DNA of 64,000 bases from Haliotis rubra (taxonomy: Eukaryota), in contig NW_025766980.1 of NCBI RefSeq assembly GCF_003918875.1, positions 2,418,001 to 2,482,000 on the forward strand. Reading direction: 5' to 3'. Under the pieces are notes generated by a model that saw only the letters and a list, made by a program, of their open reading frames with translations, was not told where the DNA came from and searched no databases. Below, one piece after another: positions 49,819 to 63,400 of this stretch (position 1 is the first letter of the stretch; each line of letters begins with the position of its first letter). Position numbers and translations under genes: made by a program.

Positions 49819-50371
49819 ATGCCTTGTCTGACAACAATCTAAGAGTTGGCCAGACAATCACACAGAGTGGTTGATGGTGTGAGCAGTATTCCATGGTACA
49901 ACATGCCAGTAACCCTGGCAGTGAGTCGGACTTCCCAATCCATTAAGCATTTAACGTTAACTTGTCGTTGCTGGACCACTGTTTTACTTACAAGCCCAAT
50001 GTTACCGGCTCTGAATGTCTACATTTCCCTCGTTCTGTATATCCTCATGACTCAAATCAGTAAACCAAATTTAAAAAAAGGGAAAATGTCAAACAGATCA
50101 TTAAAAACAAAACTAGACAGCTGGTCACCTGAACAAATCTCCAACTATATCTGGTGCAAGGAAGGCAAGTTTACAAAGGTTAATCTTCATGCAGCTTTTG
50201 AACCTTTTTTTTTCAACCCTCAGAACCTCGACAAGTAATTACACAAATGATATCTATTGACTCACCCACAACAGTTGCCCAAGGCATTATTTGTTTTTCT
50301 TCTTATTAAAAAAAAGATAGAGAAGGAAATGACGGTGGTAGACAGAATGGTAGCTAGTGTACAACAAATGA

Positions 50372-50537
50372 GAGAGTGAGTGAGTTTAGTTCTACGCCGC
50401 TTTTAGGAATACTCCACCAATATTGAAGCAGGGGACACAAGAAATGGGCTTCACATATTGTACCCATGTGGGGAATAGAACCCAGACCTTCGGCGTGATG
50501 AGCGAACGCTTTGACCACAAGACCACCCCACTGCCAA
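50372..50537 (-). mobile_element. SINE family A, (ACTC)n tail, 13-bp TSD
   Basis: TSD gtacaacaaatga at 50359-50371 and 50538-50550. Confidence 0.9.
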
Positions 50538-51306
50538 GTACAACAAATGACACAGATATGGTGGTTACAAATATAGGCAGCAGACAGTGTGTGTTGGTTT
50601 ATGTTTATTGTCTCTTCCACGCTGTGTGTAGTAAACTCTGTCAGTATGATGTTATGGGGAGGGTATCCTTTGTCTCTGTGTTGTTTAACTGACGAGGTAA
50701 ATAAACACAGTGCCACATCATGTCATAAAACATGGAAAGAGAATCAGATTAGGCAAGGTAACCTCACTTATCCAGTCAGCCATTGCCGAATTACCATATG
50801 TGTTTGTTTATTTGTTGGATTTGTGGAGATCTGGCGATTAAGTACACTGTTGCTAATGGCAACCAAACAAAGCAAACCTTGATCTTTATTGATATTTCAA
50901 CTTTGCAGTACGTCTAGAAAACAACTGTGTTTTGTGCTATTAACCTAAACTGGAAGTGTGGCTGATGAGGATGCTGAGAATAATGGTGAAACTGCTGACG
51001 CAGAATTTATTTGTTGTTTGATGACATACTGAGAAATATTCCAGCCATATGATGACAATCTTTAAGTAATCGTGTTGGGAGCAGACAATCAAGTGATGGA
51101 AATAAGTATAAATCTAGTTGGGGCATGATGTGTTTGGTTGTTGTTTGACACTCAGCACTATTCCAGCTACATGAGTCATGGGTAGATTCTCCCTCGCTTG
51201 TCATCGTACCTGGACATATTAGAATGTTGCTCGTGCTGTCATCCAGTGGTTTCCTGACCTTGACCTGATTGTTTACAGGAAGCTGAATTATACCTGGTAT
51301 TAACTA

Positions 51307-51376
51307 CATACATTCATTCCCTTATATTCACAACATCTATCATACACTCATTCCCTTATATTCACAACATCTATCA
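51307..51376. repeat. 34-bp tandem duplication
   Basis: cataca(t/c)tcattcccttatattcacaacatctat twice. Confidence 0.8.
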
Positions 51377-51784
51377 ACTTGGTATGAAGTTCAGAGTAGC
51401 AACAGCTCAAAGCAGTATACAGTAAGGAACAGCATGCAACGGACATGCTGCTACTCAATTCTCTCAACACTGAAGGCGACAGCATAACTGAAATCAACAA
51501 CACTTCAGCTGAAATCCGAGCCAGTCAAACATAAACCTTTCGGGAAGTCATCCAGAGCTCAGATATAGATGATGCTGAATATTTTATATTTCTAGACTGC
51601 TGATGAAAAGTTCACCATGACTGGTAGCAAGGTCTGGACTGAATGTCTGACGATGGAGCTGTCTAAATATTCTAGTACATATACTTTTCAGATTTTTACC
51701 ATAAAGAGAAGTATGTATAGAGAGTGGAAGTGTTGTCATCTAAAATAACAACTGTATGTCTCAGTGGTTGATGACCTGACACCA

Positions 51785-51969
51785 TGAATCATTCCTCATA
51801 TGATGGCACCATGGGCAGTGAACTGACCACAGGTGGTAAACTGAAGCAGTCCTCATTTGATGGCACCACGGGCAGTGAATTGACCACAGGTTGTAAACTG
51901 AATCATTCCTCATTTGAAGGCACCACGGGCAGTGAACTGACCACAGGTTGTAAACTGAATCATTCCTCA
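51785..51969. repeat. 57-bp tandem repeat, about 3.3 copies
   Basis: tgaatcattcctcatttgaaggcaccacgggcagtgaactgaccacaggttgtaaac. Confidence 0.9.
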
Positions 51970-52154
51970 AACTACCGAACACTGGTTGTGAATCAATGCT
52001 CAAATCATCAACCACTGTTTGGAATCAATGCTCAAATCATCAACCACAGTTTGAAAATCAACATTCATATCATCAAACAAGTGAGTTCATATCTGACCAG
52101 ATTGTGAATCAATGTTCAAACCACCAAGTTGTTCGCTGTTCATCAAAGCTCACT

Positions 52155-53025
52155 ATCATCAACAACTGGCTCTCTCTTGTATAGACTCTAGACCACCAGG
52201 ACACCGAGATCATCAACAACTGGCTCTCTCTTGTATAGACTCTAGACCACCAGGACACCGAGATCAACAACTGGCTCTCTCTTGTATAGACTCTAAACCA
52301 CCAGGACACCGAGATCATCAACAACCGGCTCTCTCTTGTATAGACTCTAGACCACCAGGACACCGAGATCATCAACAACTGGCTCTCTCTTGTATAGACT
52401 CTAGACCACCAGGACACCGAGATCATCAACAACTGGCTCTCTCTTGTATAGACTCTAGACCACCAGGACACCGAGATCATCAACAACTGGCTCTCTCTTG
52501 TATAGACTCTAGACCACCAGGACACCGAGATCATCAACAACTGGCTCTCTCTTGGCTCTCTCTTGTATAGACTCTAGACCACCAGGACACCGAGATCATC
52601 AACAACTGGCTCTCTCTTGTATAGACTCTAGACCACCAGGACACCGAGATCATCAACATAGACTCTAAACCACCAGACTCTAGACTCACCACCAGGACAC
52701 CGAGATCATCAACAACTGGCTCTCTCTCATCAACAACTGGCTCTCTTATAGACTCTAGACCACCAGGACACCGAGATCATCAACAACTGGCTCTCTCTTG
52801 TATAGACTCTAGACCACCAGGACACCGAGATCATCAACAACTGGCTCTCTCTTGTATAGACTCTAGACCACCAGGACACCGAGATCATCAACAACTGGCT
52901 CTCTCTTGTATAGACTCTAGACCACCAGGACACAGGCTCTCTTGTAGACTCAGACCACAAGGACACAGAGATCATCAACAACTGGCTCTCTCTTGTATAG
53001 ACTCTAGACCACCAGGACACCGAGA
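52155..53025. repeat. 54-bp minisatellite, about 16 copies
   Basis: atcaacaactggctctctcttgtatagactctagaccaccaggacaccgagatc; source of the periodic ORFs on both strands. Confidence 0.95.
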
Positions 53026-56000
53026 TATAGATGTACAACTGTTCAAGACATTCTGAAATGCCATTCACATGACAATAAAGATGATTTTTATAATGATTGT
53101 TTTACTGCTCCTGTCCATTTCATGCCCCCTGGCAACAAGATATAACTTTCATTTTGGAAGTGAAAGGCCAAAACATTTCAATTCTGGCAGGCATATTTCG
53201 TTGTTGAATGTCTCAAAGCTGACCCACCATCAACCATCTCCATCTACTCCCAAGTATTAAATCCTAACAGAATTTGACAGCTGACTATTCACCTTGATAA
53301 GTTTCAGTGCACATATTACACTGGGAAATCAAATACAATGCATATTTCATGGACACACCCAGACCGCATCTTCCTTTCACTCAAACAAAACAGCAAACTT
53401 CATTTTGGGAGCCAGCAATCTTGGACAATGTTTATTTACAACGTCAGCAACAGTCTCGTGGGGGGAGGTTGCGCGCTTGCTATGTCGTAACTAGCAATGG
53501 GTACCCTTCCCAAATTACTATTAACCAGCAGCAATTCCAGGTGAAATACATCACAGACAGAATTGATTTCCCGAGGAAATTAAGTCAAAACAAACATAGG
53601 TCCATGTACGAGGAGAGATAGCAATAATTAAGGCTCTGAGTCAAACAGCCATGCATGATGCATACATTGGAACCTACGCGGTGCACAGTTTCTAGCTTCG
53701 TAATTAAATTGTTCTGTTGCACTCTCGTAATTTACTTTATCGGCAAACCTAATACATACTATTTGTGTAACCGTGTATACTTAGACTCTGAAGGCAGCAG
53801 TGTACGATGCAGCAGTTTGACGTGCGTGTGCACGCAAGTGATATTTTCTTGCATGAGAAGAAATGTATTACGTCCCTCTGAAATTACCTACGAGTAGAGA
53901 AGATTGGAAGTTGGGCATCATTTTCATTCGAAACGAACAACTAGTCATTAAATGCAGAGACTGTAGCAATAATAGCTTCAGAAAAACACAACACTTGAGT
54001 AAAATGGCTGGTTTATGTGAGAGGATTGTAATTATTGGGGGAAAAGTTACAAAAAAAGGAAGAATTCATTTTTTTGTTTGCAAACTGCATTGACCTCAGA
54101 AATATTCTCTAAGGAATCGTCCATGAAACAGACTCTTAAGTAGCATTACTGTAGGTTTATGCAAATAAATACTCTTGGAGTCTCCATGACTGGAACCAGG
54201 CAAACATCATCTATTAATTCTCTTTTTTACATTGCAAACGCATGAAATCAAGGTTTATTCTGAATGATGAAATATCTGAAACTCACAGCTTCATTCTTTT
54301 CCTCAAGTGTCCTCACATTCATTGGTAAATAAAAATCAACTTTGAATGCACGCAATCCCAAAAAATCAAAATGGTCCCATTAGTTCCAGAGCACCATTTC
54401 ATCAGACAAGTGTCTATTTCATCTGAAATTAACATCACTCGTAATGACGACCTTGTACCAACCACACTGAGCAGTCTATGAATATGGCCAATAAACTATG
54501 CAGACACAAACGCCATCTCAACTGAAATGTGCGTCAATATTGCAACTGACGAGTCTGTGGCGAAATGAACACCCAACCAGTGAGGCTGCCATGAGCTGTG
54601 CATGATGAGGATGATTATATAGAGGTGTCATGTAAGTAATCAGGCGGAAGACCTGAGATTGGTTAGGCAACAGTTGTAGTTAGTCAATGCCCTCTCGGGA
54701 CGCTGAGCGACTCGCGCAGAAATATCGCCGCCTAAGCCTCTCACAGTTATTAAAGAATTTCTACCTCTCTTCGCGCTGCTCTCTATCCAAGCTGATTACA
54801 TTCAAGAGTGTTTGTCCCTTTCATCTGACACTTCCATAAAACTTTATTTTGTATTTCTTTAATGATTTTCTTCACCACCTCTTTTCAAAAATCACATCAG
54901 CCAACGCTGACCATGAGCAAAATTTGACATTTTCCCAAGAAAAAAACAACAGAAAGCTATTCCTTCGCATAAGTCAGCTGTGAAATAGATGTTCTCAATG
55001 TCCCACTTTGATCTTTGAGTTCAGCTTTTCTGAGCTACTGTCAAGTTCCCATGATGTACAACAGACACATGGAACTGATACCTCCTTCGAACAACTCACT
55101 GACATAGGTAATGAGGATCTATGTGCAGCAAAAGTCATTTTTTTGAGCTTGAAGAAAAACCTTCATCTTAATAACGTCCAATTTTCAAGTCCAAGCCTTA
55201 CACAACACACTTCTTTATTTCCAGCCTACGTAATTTCAAGTATGAATTACACTTTTTTACGAATACTGAATATGTCAATACTCATGCAATCAGTGGTGGC
55301 GTGCGTTAAAACGTATTCACCTTGCTAATGCCAGTGTCATTATCTCTCAAGGTAGGGAATGGATGTCTGTGAAGAAGATTATTTATAAACTTGTGTCACC
55401 TATAGATGCTACATACTGCTGGTTTGAATGTCACATAATGGATGCTAATGAGCACCTTTTGCTCTTTACAAACACTGATCATGACAACGTTACAGTGAAG
55501 TTATTGTTTAAAAAAGGAAAGAGCTGTCCAGGTAGGTGTAAACTTTCCTGCAGCAAATGATGATACCTGAATCATTCCACATGTTTCAGTCTCATGTTCA
55601 AGGATACAAGCCTTTAGTCAGTTACATAATTAAATCTATGAATATTTCAGACAAACTAATAAATGACTTTGGAACCTGTACATTGCTAATAATTATATTT
55701 ATTTATCATTTCACACAGCATCTTGGTCAGTTACTTTAGATGCAGGTAACAAGAAAATTGGTTATATGCTCAAGAAATATTAAATCAAGAAAAAGGTCAT
55801 GTCAGATACAACAGAATTGCGAATGAAAAACTTAAAAACAAACTGAACAATAATTAAAAACTTTAAACTTGAATACAAAAACATATATTTTTATTCCTAT
55901 TTACAAGCCAAACAGCAGGTTAAAAAAGCCTGATAATAATCACATTCAACATGGCTTCATGAGACCAATAATTCACAAACCAGATATCTGGTCAAACAGA

Positions 56001-58630
56001 CCCCTGAAAAGATCAGAGACGGTAAAATAGCAATCTAAAATCAGGGTAGTCGAGAAAAGATACAGTGCATCAATTCAGCATATTCTACAAGAATCTTAAT
56101 GACTGGCAAACTAATTATCCCAGAGAAACCAGGTTCGTTCAGCAGCGAATTTGACATTTTTTGCATGTTTGCCCACAAAGAATGTGGAATAGAGTAAAAC
56201 AACATGGCCCAGAGAAGAAGCATGGCTGTGCCTACTGCTGGATGATGACAAGCCATATCGACAAACAACCCCCATAAAGCTAGGTACAGTCATTAGCAAA
56301 CCCAGACTGACATAGCCACAGTGTAACGTTTCCATGGAACAGCGTAGTTCATAACAAAGTCAACACTACATGTATTTAGAACATAAGCTCACTTTCCTAG
56401 CTGGTCCTTGCTAATGAGATATATACCTAAACTACAAATTTATTTTGGTGTTTTTTGCCCAATTCGTTGCTCTATAACTCCTTCTGGATGCATAAAAATA
56501 TACAAATAATGCATTCCACGTGTCGTGGAAATTGGTTGGTTGAATAATGAGGACTCATATTTAGCTAGTTGGCTTCAGGCATCAATAAACCACCTCCACT
56601 GCAAGCCTGTCGGATACAAACACTGATTACACGTCTGCTGATTCTATGCACATCCTCATCATATGAACAGCGAAACATGAATCCTGGGTTGATGTTGGCA
56701 GTGTTTATGGCAGATTTGTAAAAACACAAACATTTCCGTGCATCACTGCAAGACCTCTTTACACAGCCATTGTCACGATGGCTGCTGTTTCATTGTTTTC
56801 TTACAATATTTATAAGCATGGGTGATGAAAGGCTTTTTAAACTGACATGTAACCACAGCCAAATCTACGTTGTTGGGAAAAGTTAAGATTCCATGCAGGA
56901 CTACCGTTTGATGGAAAGAGCAGACACACATGAATGTGTGCACTGTATAGACTCATGTCTTTCAGACACAAATCTGAAAAAATATTCTTCCAGAGAAAAA
57001 ATCCGTCTTTCTGTTTTCTTTTCCTGAAGAGAGTCCAAGGTCATGAATGTAAGTCACAGTAGAGTGACCAAACTCGGTTTGTGGATTTGACAGCAGGAAT
57101 AAAAACAATGGAATGATAAGGCAAGGGAAGATTCCCGTAAAACATGCTTCAAATTTGAAGCCTAATCCTAAATTCAGGCATTTATAACTTTCGGTTATTT
57201 TATACCAAAGATTTATACTTGGCCATCACTTCTTCAGTCTAAGAGATTTGCACATGCTCAGAAGTACATCATCAACAACAAAACATGCAATTATAAGTTT
57301 TGACAAATTCAAGGATCCAAACTAAAAATACTTTTCTGTGTCTTGCAATACTGACAGAGACAATCATTCACAACAATTTCCATTGTACAAGACACAATAT
57401 TTTGTGCACAATAAATTCTTTCTTCAAAATTACAAGAATGATGTTTTGATCCCACCCAGTCGGGTCGCTGTTTGTTAGTGAGTGAGTTGGTTCTATGCCT
57501 CTTAACCAAAATTGAAATCACAGCAATCTTGACTTAACTTGCTGGGTTAAAATAGTTGGTCATGTACACGAAGCATTCGACCACAAATAAGAATCCTACA
57601 ATCCTATCAAAGATAAAGACCATATTCAATATCATATTATATTTAACAATTGAACACATCGACCTTGCTACCTTTTCACTGACAACTGATGAAGATTGCT
57701 TCTAGTGTTCTATCTGCGTGGAGCTCTCTGCCCAATCTGTCCACCCAATGGTAAAGTGGGCTGCGTACTTCTATCATGCCTCACAGACAACACTATCAAT
57801 TGTGTATTTCAAAGCTGTATTGGAAAGAGAGTGGGGCTAATAAGACATGAAAACATTCATCAAGTCAGGATCAAAAGGCGATTTAGCTGGCAGTTACTGT
57901 TCACACTGCTCTATTGGGACTGTAACATTCATTTGGTGTTGTATTGAATACCCAGGGATGCAGGCAACAAGCGAAGAACGAGATCAACTGACTGCCAGCG
58001 ACACTGGCCAATGAAATGTATATCAATGAAACCCAACTGAAAAGGAACCACGCTATGTCTGTTACAGCAGAGATGCCAACCCCAAAGTGTTGCAAATAGT
58101 AGTTTCAAGGATGAAAAGTAGTAGTTTGACCATAAAATTAGTAGTCAACTAAATACTTCAAATCATGATGGATTCTGGAAAAAATAATATGACACTAATC
58201 ACGAGTGAAGCTTTAATTTCACATACCTCCAGCAGCAGATTTCCAAATTGTTACTTGCAATGATTCCAGTTCCAATGTGTCATTAAATTGGATGACTTGA
58301 AGAGTGAAGTCCAAAAATGTATTTAATCGACGAAAATATATGTTCTTGTCTTTTTGTCTGAATTTTCATGATTTTTCTTCAAATTTCATAGAATTTCTAG
58401 TGCAATCGTATTGGCATAGTTTGAGGCTAAAATTCGTAGCGACTATGATAAAGTTGTAGAGGTTGGCATCTCCGCTACAGTGATATTTCAACTACAACTA
58501 CTAACCCACAAGAAGTCAAACATTATTTGGGGACATCTTGAAATTTCTACGACCTTAAGGTAACTGACCCATAAGCAAAGGAAATATTGTTTCGGGACAT
58601 CTTGAAATTTCAATTTCACGCAGCCTTATG

Positions 58631-59606
58631 CCTCCTACAAGCAAGTAACACAATCATCGACCTAGTGACATGTACTGCAGTAATGTTGAAAGAGTAATCC
58701 TCCTACAAGCAATTTACACAATCATCGACCTAGTGACATGTACTGCAGTAATGTTGAAAGAGTAAGCCTCCTACAAGCAAGTAACACAATCATCGACCTA
58801 GTGACATGTACTGCAGTAATGTTGAAAGAGTAATCCTCCTACAAGCAATTTACACAATCATCGACCTAGTGACATGTACTGCAGTAATGTTGAAAGAGTA
58901 AGCCTCCTACAAGCAAGTAACACAATCATCGACCTAGTGACATGTACTGCAGTAATGTTGAAAGAGTAATCCTCCTACAAGCAATTAACACAATCATCGA
59001 CCTAGTGACATGTACTGCAGTAATGTTGAAAGAGTAATCCTCCTACAAGCAATTAATACACACAATCATCGACCTAGTGACATGTACTGCAGTAATGTTG
59101 AAAGAGTAATCCTCCTACAAGCAATTTACACAATCATCGACCTAGTGACATGTACTGCAGTAATGTTGAAAGAGTAATCCTCCTACAAGCAATTTACACA
59201 ATCATCGACCTAGTGACATGTACTGCAGTAATGTTGAAAGAGTAATCCTCCTACAAGCAATTTACACAATCATCGACCTAGTGACATGTTGAAAGAGCAC
59301 AAGTAATGTTGAAAGACTGCAGTAAAGAGTAATCCTCCTACAAGCAATTTACACAATCATCGACCTAGTGACATGTACTGCAGTAATGTTGAAAGAGTAA
59401 TCCTCCTACAAGCAATTTACACAATCATCTACCTAGTGACATGTACTGCAGTAATGTTGAAAGAGTAATCCTCCTACAAGCAATTTACACAATCATCGAC
59501 CTAGTGACATGTACTGCAGTAATGTTGAAAGAGTAATCCTCCTACAAGCAATTTACACAATCATCGACCTAGCGACATGTACTGCAGTAATGTTGAAAGA
59601 GTAATC
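58631..59606. repeat. 68-bp minisatellite, about 14 copies
   Basis: cctcctacaagcaatttacacaatcatcgacctagtgacatgtactgcagtaatgttgaaagagtaat. Confidence 0.95.
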
Positions 59607-60106
59607 ATGAGACAAACTGCACGGTAAGCTAAACCACATGTGGCCAAGTCCTATCTTACACAAATCTGACTTCTGGGCACCCAGAATTTCAATTGTCCAC
59701 AAAACACATGAAATCCAGTCACAAGATGGAAGGCTGTAACTGAACCTGTACATATGAACTGCATGTGCTCAAATAAGATTGTGTAAATCACAAGATTACA
59801 AGTGAAAAAGAAAACAAGCAGAACGATCAAGGTTAATAGAAAAACTGAGCTTTGAGAACATGTGCTATAAATATGGTAAATGAATCCCTCATCTGGAAAA
59901 TGATACCTTGAACATATCCCAGAAACTTCAATATAAAGCTGCCAGTGCTGGCCAATCAAACCTCATCATCTGTCAAACACATGCTGCATTATTTAAGATA
60001 TGCAAAATGCAAAAGAAATGAAAGAAGATTCGATTCTTTCACCTGACAGCTAATCTGTCATTGCATTTGTCGTGTGAAATAATTGGGTGTTCTTTAATTT
60101 CTATGA

Positions 60107-60203
60107 GCCGTGATATTGCTGTAATATTGCCGTGATATTGCTGTAATATTGCCGTGCTATTGCTGTAATATTGCTAAAGCGGCGTAAAACTATACTCACA
60201 CAC
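60107..60203 (+). mobile_element. 5'-truncated SINE family A with triplicated 22-bp core, 12-bp TSD
   Basis: (gccgtgatattgctgtaatatt)x3 then gctaaagcggcgtaaaactatactcac; TSD taatttctatga at 60095-60106 and 60204-60215. Confidence 0.88.
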
Positions 60204-60247
60204 TAATTTCTATGAATCCTTCATGACAGATAACTATAATCATATGA

Positions 60248-60424
60248 CTGACTGACTGACTGACTGACTGAGTTTAGTTTATGCCGCTTCTTGCAATATT
60301 CCAGCAATATCACGGCGGGGGACACCAGAAATGGGCTTAACACATTATGCCCATGTGGGGAATTGAACCTGGGTCTTCGGCGTGACGAGCCAACGCTTTA
60401 ACCACTAGGCTACACCACCGCCCC
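60248..60424 (-). mobile_element. SINE family A, full length, 13-bp TSD with one mismatch
   Basis: tataatcatatga 60235-60247 versus tatattcatatga 60425-60437. Confidence 0.92.
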
Positions 60425-63400
60425 TATATTCATATGAAAGAATCCGGTCTTTCTTAACTTCTTTCAAGTAGTATTTAAAGTAAGTAACTAAACTTTAAAA
60501 CATCACAACCTTGAGGGAAGACGCAGGAAGATCCCCAGCCTACCTGCTGCTACCTAATCATGTTCAGATTCAACTTTATAGGAAACATGAGCCAGTAGAC
60601 CTCAGGCTTAGACTTTAAAGACTCTAGTACAACAAAGTCATGATAATACTAATGACTTGTATGACATTAACACTATCTGGGTTGCCTCCTAGCGGTCTCA
60701 CAAACCAACATCTCACTACCCAGACCAACACCACCCTGTGTAACGAGATAAAGGTAATAATACCTGTCATTAACATAAGGTGAAACGTTATTGCCGTGAA
60801 TACCCCACTACTGATATCCATTATTACTTACGTTATTCATTTACGAGTGAAATATACATAGAGATGTCGACATCGTGCTAAATGTGAAGAAACTGTTGGG
60901 GATAGGAGTGAATTACTGCTATACTGCAAAAGCCTTGAACCTCTTCATCTACAGAAATGTTTCCATACTTTGTTACTACAGTGTTGTCTCAGACAACTTC
61001 TACCACTGTTCAACAAAAAGGGGCCACCGAGGGGTGGCAAATTGGACCATGTCGGGGATCAAAGCCCTGTGTTTTGGTCTTGATGGTCTACTAGACTCAC
61101 TTACCGACCTTCTTATTAAAGAGAAATCTCTCTTGATGAGATGTTGACAGGTCTTGTACTAGCCCAGAAATAATGACCTTTCAGAGGTTAACATTTTCAA
61201 ATGCCTGGTAATGTTTCTCACATCCGAGTTTTCAAACCATCACCAGCAAATGGTTTGAACCAGTATCTCTAGCAACCATTCCATGAGCACCAACTGGTCA
61301 ATTCATAAGAGAATTCAGCAGAAACAAGCAGATTGGAAGACAAAGGAAGACACACTCGGGATTCCCTTGACCGTCATCCCTCTCCAGATATCCCCACACC
61401 AAAGTGACCCCCCTCAAGGCATCCTCCCTCCCGCACTAGCCCCAACAGATATCGCTACTACTAAAGTCCACTCCTCCTGGACAATATTAGTTTTACCTGC
61501 ATTTCATGACAAATTTCGTAGGAAATATGTACTGACCCTGAAAAGGCTTAAAAAAGTAATACTGACGCTTTAGACCACCGGAAAAAACATGCATTGTGGC
61601 AAAATTCATTTAAAATTTAAAATTTTTTTTTATACAGGCTAAATTTGAACAAAAAGAGATATGACATGGACCATCCCAAGCTTGCCTACAGGCTGTTCCA
61701 GGAATTATCCGATAACACTTGTATTGGGAAACAGTTGCCTCGCATATCATCCACACAAACCATTCAAGCCTGTCATTTCCAGAAAAAAGCTGCCAAAGGT
61801 GAAAAAGCTTTATGAACAGAATGATGTTTGTGTCATTTCTAGTCTAACTTCAAAGATCCGAGTAAGAACCAAGATGAGGAAATAATTCTCTTGAATCCTC
61901 AAACTGATCCAAACTGGAAACACCCGTTTCATAATTACAATATAAAAGAAACACATGACAGAGATTTACTTTTGTCAAAAATTATAAAACTTGCTCTGCT
62001 TTAAGTTAAACTTGAGGCCAGTAATTGCATCAATGTGTGGCAGGGTCCAGACCTCCCCTTCATAACGTTTCATAATTAATTACACCATGCTCCTATCTAT
62101 CATCAGCAGCAGCAAGACTTAAGGTCTCAGTGTTGATTAAACATCAGAATGTGTGTTTTCTCTGTTCCCCTGGCAACAATATGTCCTTGATGACATCATC
62201 ATAATTATTACCCCATACTGACTTATCTAATTAACTTCTATTCCTAAAAGGTTAACAGTTGTAATGACTTTAAAGCATGTCTGAAATAAATTCTAACTTG
62301 GCCTCATAAACAGTTCCATGATTTCTTCCAAGTATTATCTATATATAAAATATAAATGTATTCAGTCTGTCATGCATACACTGATAAGCATGAAGTTTGC
62401 AATTGTAGGTAAGTCTTTCAGTTTGAAAGAGAAGAGTCTATCTGCTACTTTATATTACACCTTATTAAGATAATTTTTAAAACAACTGAGTTTTCACTGT
62501 AAAATATCTTCATTTCAGAGACATAATGTATGTTGAATGAAACTTTCAAATTTAAGGAATCTTGGATTCAGCTTGTCTGTATCCATGGTTTCAAAATAAC
62601 ATTTATAACCAAGCCTCTAAACCTTTCTACTCATACAGAAATATTCCGTTCGGATCAATATTTTTTCAAAAATCACTGACATGAAAACTAACTGCTAAGC
62701 TATGTTCTTAAAACATCAATATTTCAGTGAAGCCTTTGATGAAATCAACATACATATATCTCAGAGTGATTGCAATGTATTAGGGAGATATTTCATGATG
62801 ACGAAAATAATCAAAGCAAGGTGCAAGCAATTTCAATCAAAGGGAAAAATGCAAGGAAAATTTGAGCAAGATGACTACAAGATTACATCAGTGGAATTTT
62901 GCAATAATGATGGTATTCATCCCTTCGACATTAACAGACTACAAGTGTGTAATCAAAATCATCCATAAATAACCCAGATAAATTTGGCATGGAGCGAAGG
63001 AGTGCTTTGAAAGATGGGTTTAAAATCCTATTACTGGGCCACATTTATCTCCCGGTTTGAGCTTTATGGTTTGACCCCCATATTCAGAAATCTGACATTT
63101 TTCAGAAATTGATGCAAACTCACTGCTCTTGATAAATGGATGTCGTTTTTTTCATAGCCTGTATGATTAAGAGGTGAAATGAATTCTGTCACCTACTTGT
63201 GGATTTCATGACTGGCAAAATGAACATTCTCATGATCACTTCCTGATTGCGACAGGTCCTGTCAGTACCACCGACATTTGTTATAGATGCTATTGTCAAC
63301 ATAGGCAGATCAGTTATCCCATCGGTCTATGGTTTCTTATCATGGCTATAGTCTTATTCGGTGCTTACAGTGCTAGGACAGAAGGTTAAAACCCTGTCCC

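Noticed and set aside
51761-53068. Repetitive ORFs (LNHSSFEGTTGSELTTGCK, HQQLALSCIDSRPPGHRD) as proteins
   Set aside because: Arise because the 57- and 54-bp units are multiples of 3; open on both strands, frame breaks mid-array, no splice context.
13292-59606. Regular arrays as CRISPR loci
   Set aside because: Head-to-tail units without unique spacers, no cas genes, eukaryotic introns.
56041-60821. Hydrophobic minus-strand ORFs (56041, 57901, 59651, 60624) as the teneurin transmembrane exon
   Set aside because: None has the WKC-type pre-TM motif or suitable splice sites; hydrophobicity reflects T-rich sequence. The TM exon is probably beyond 64000.
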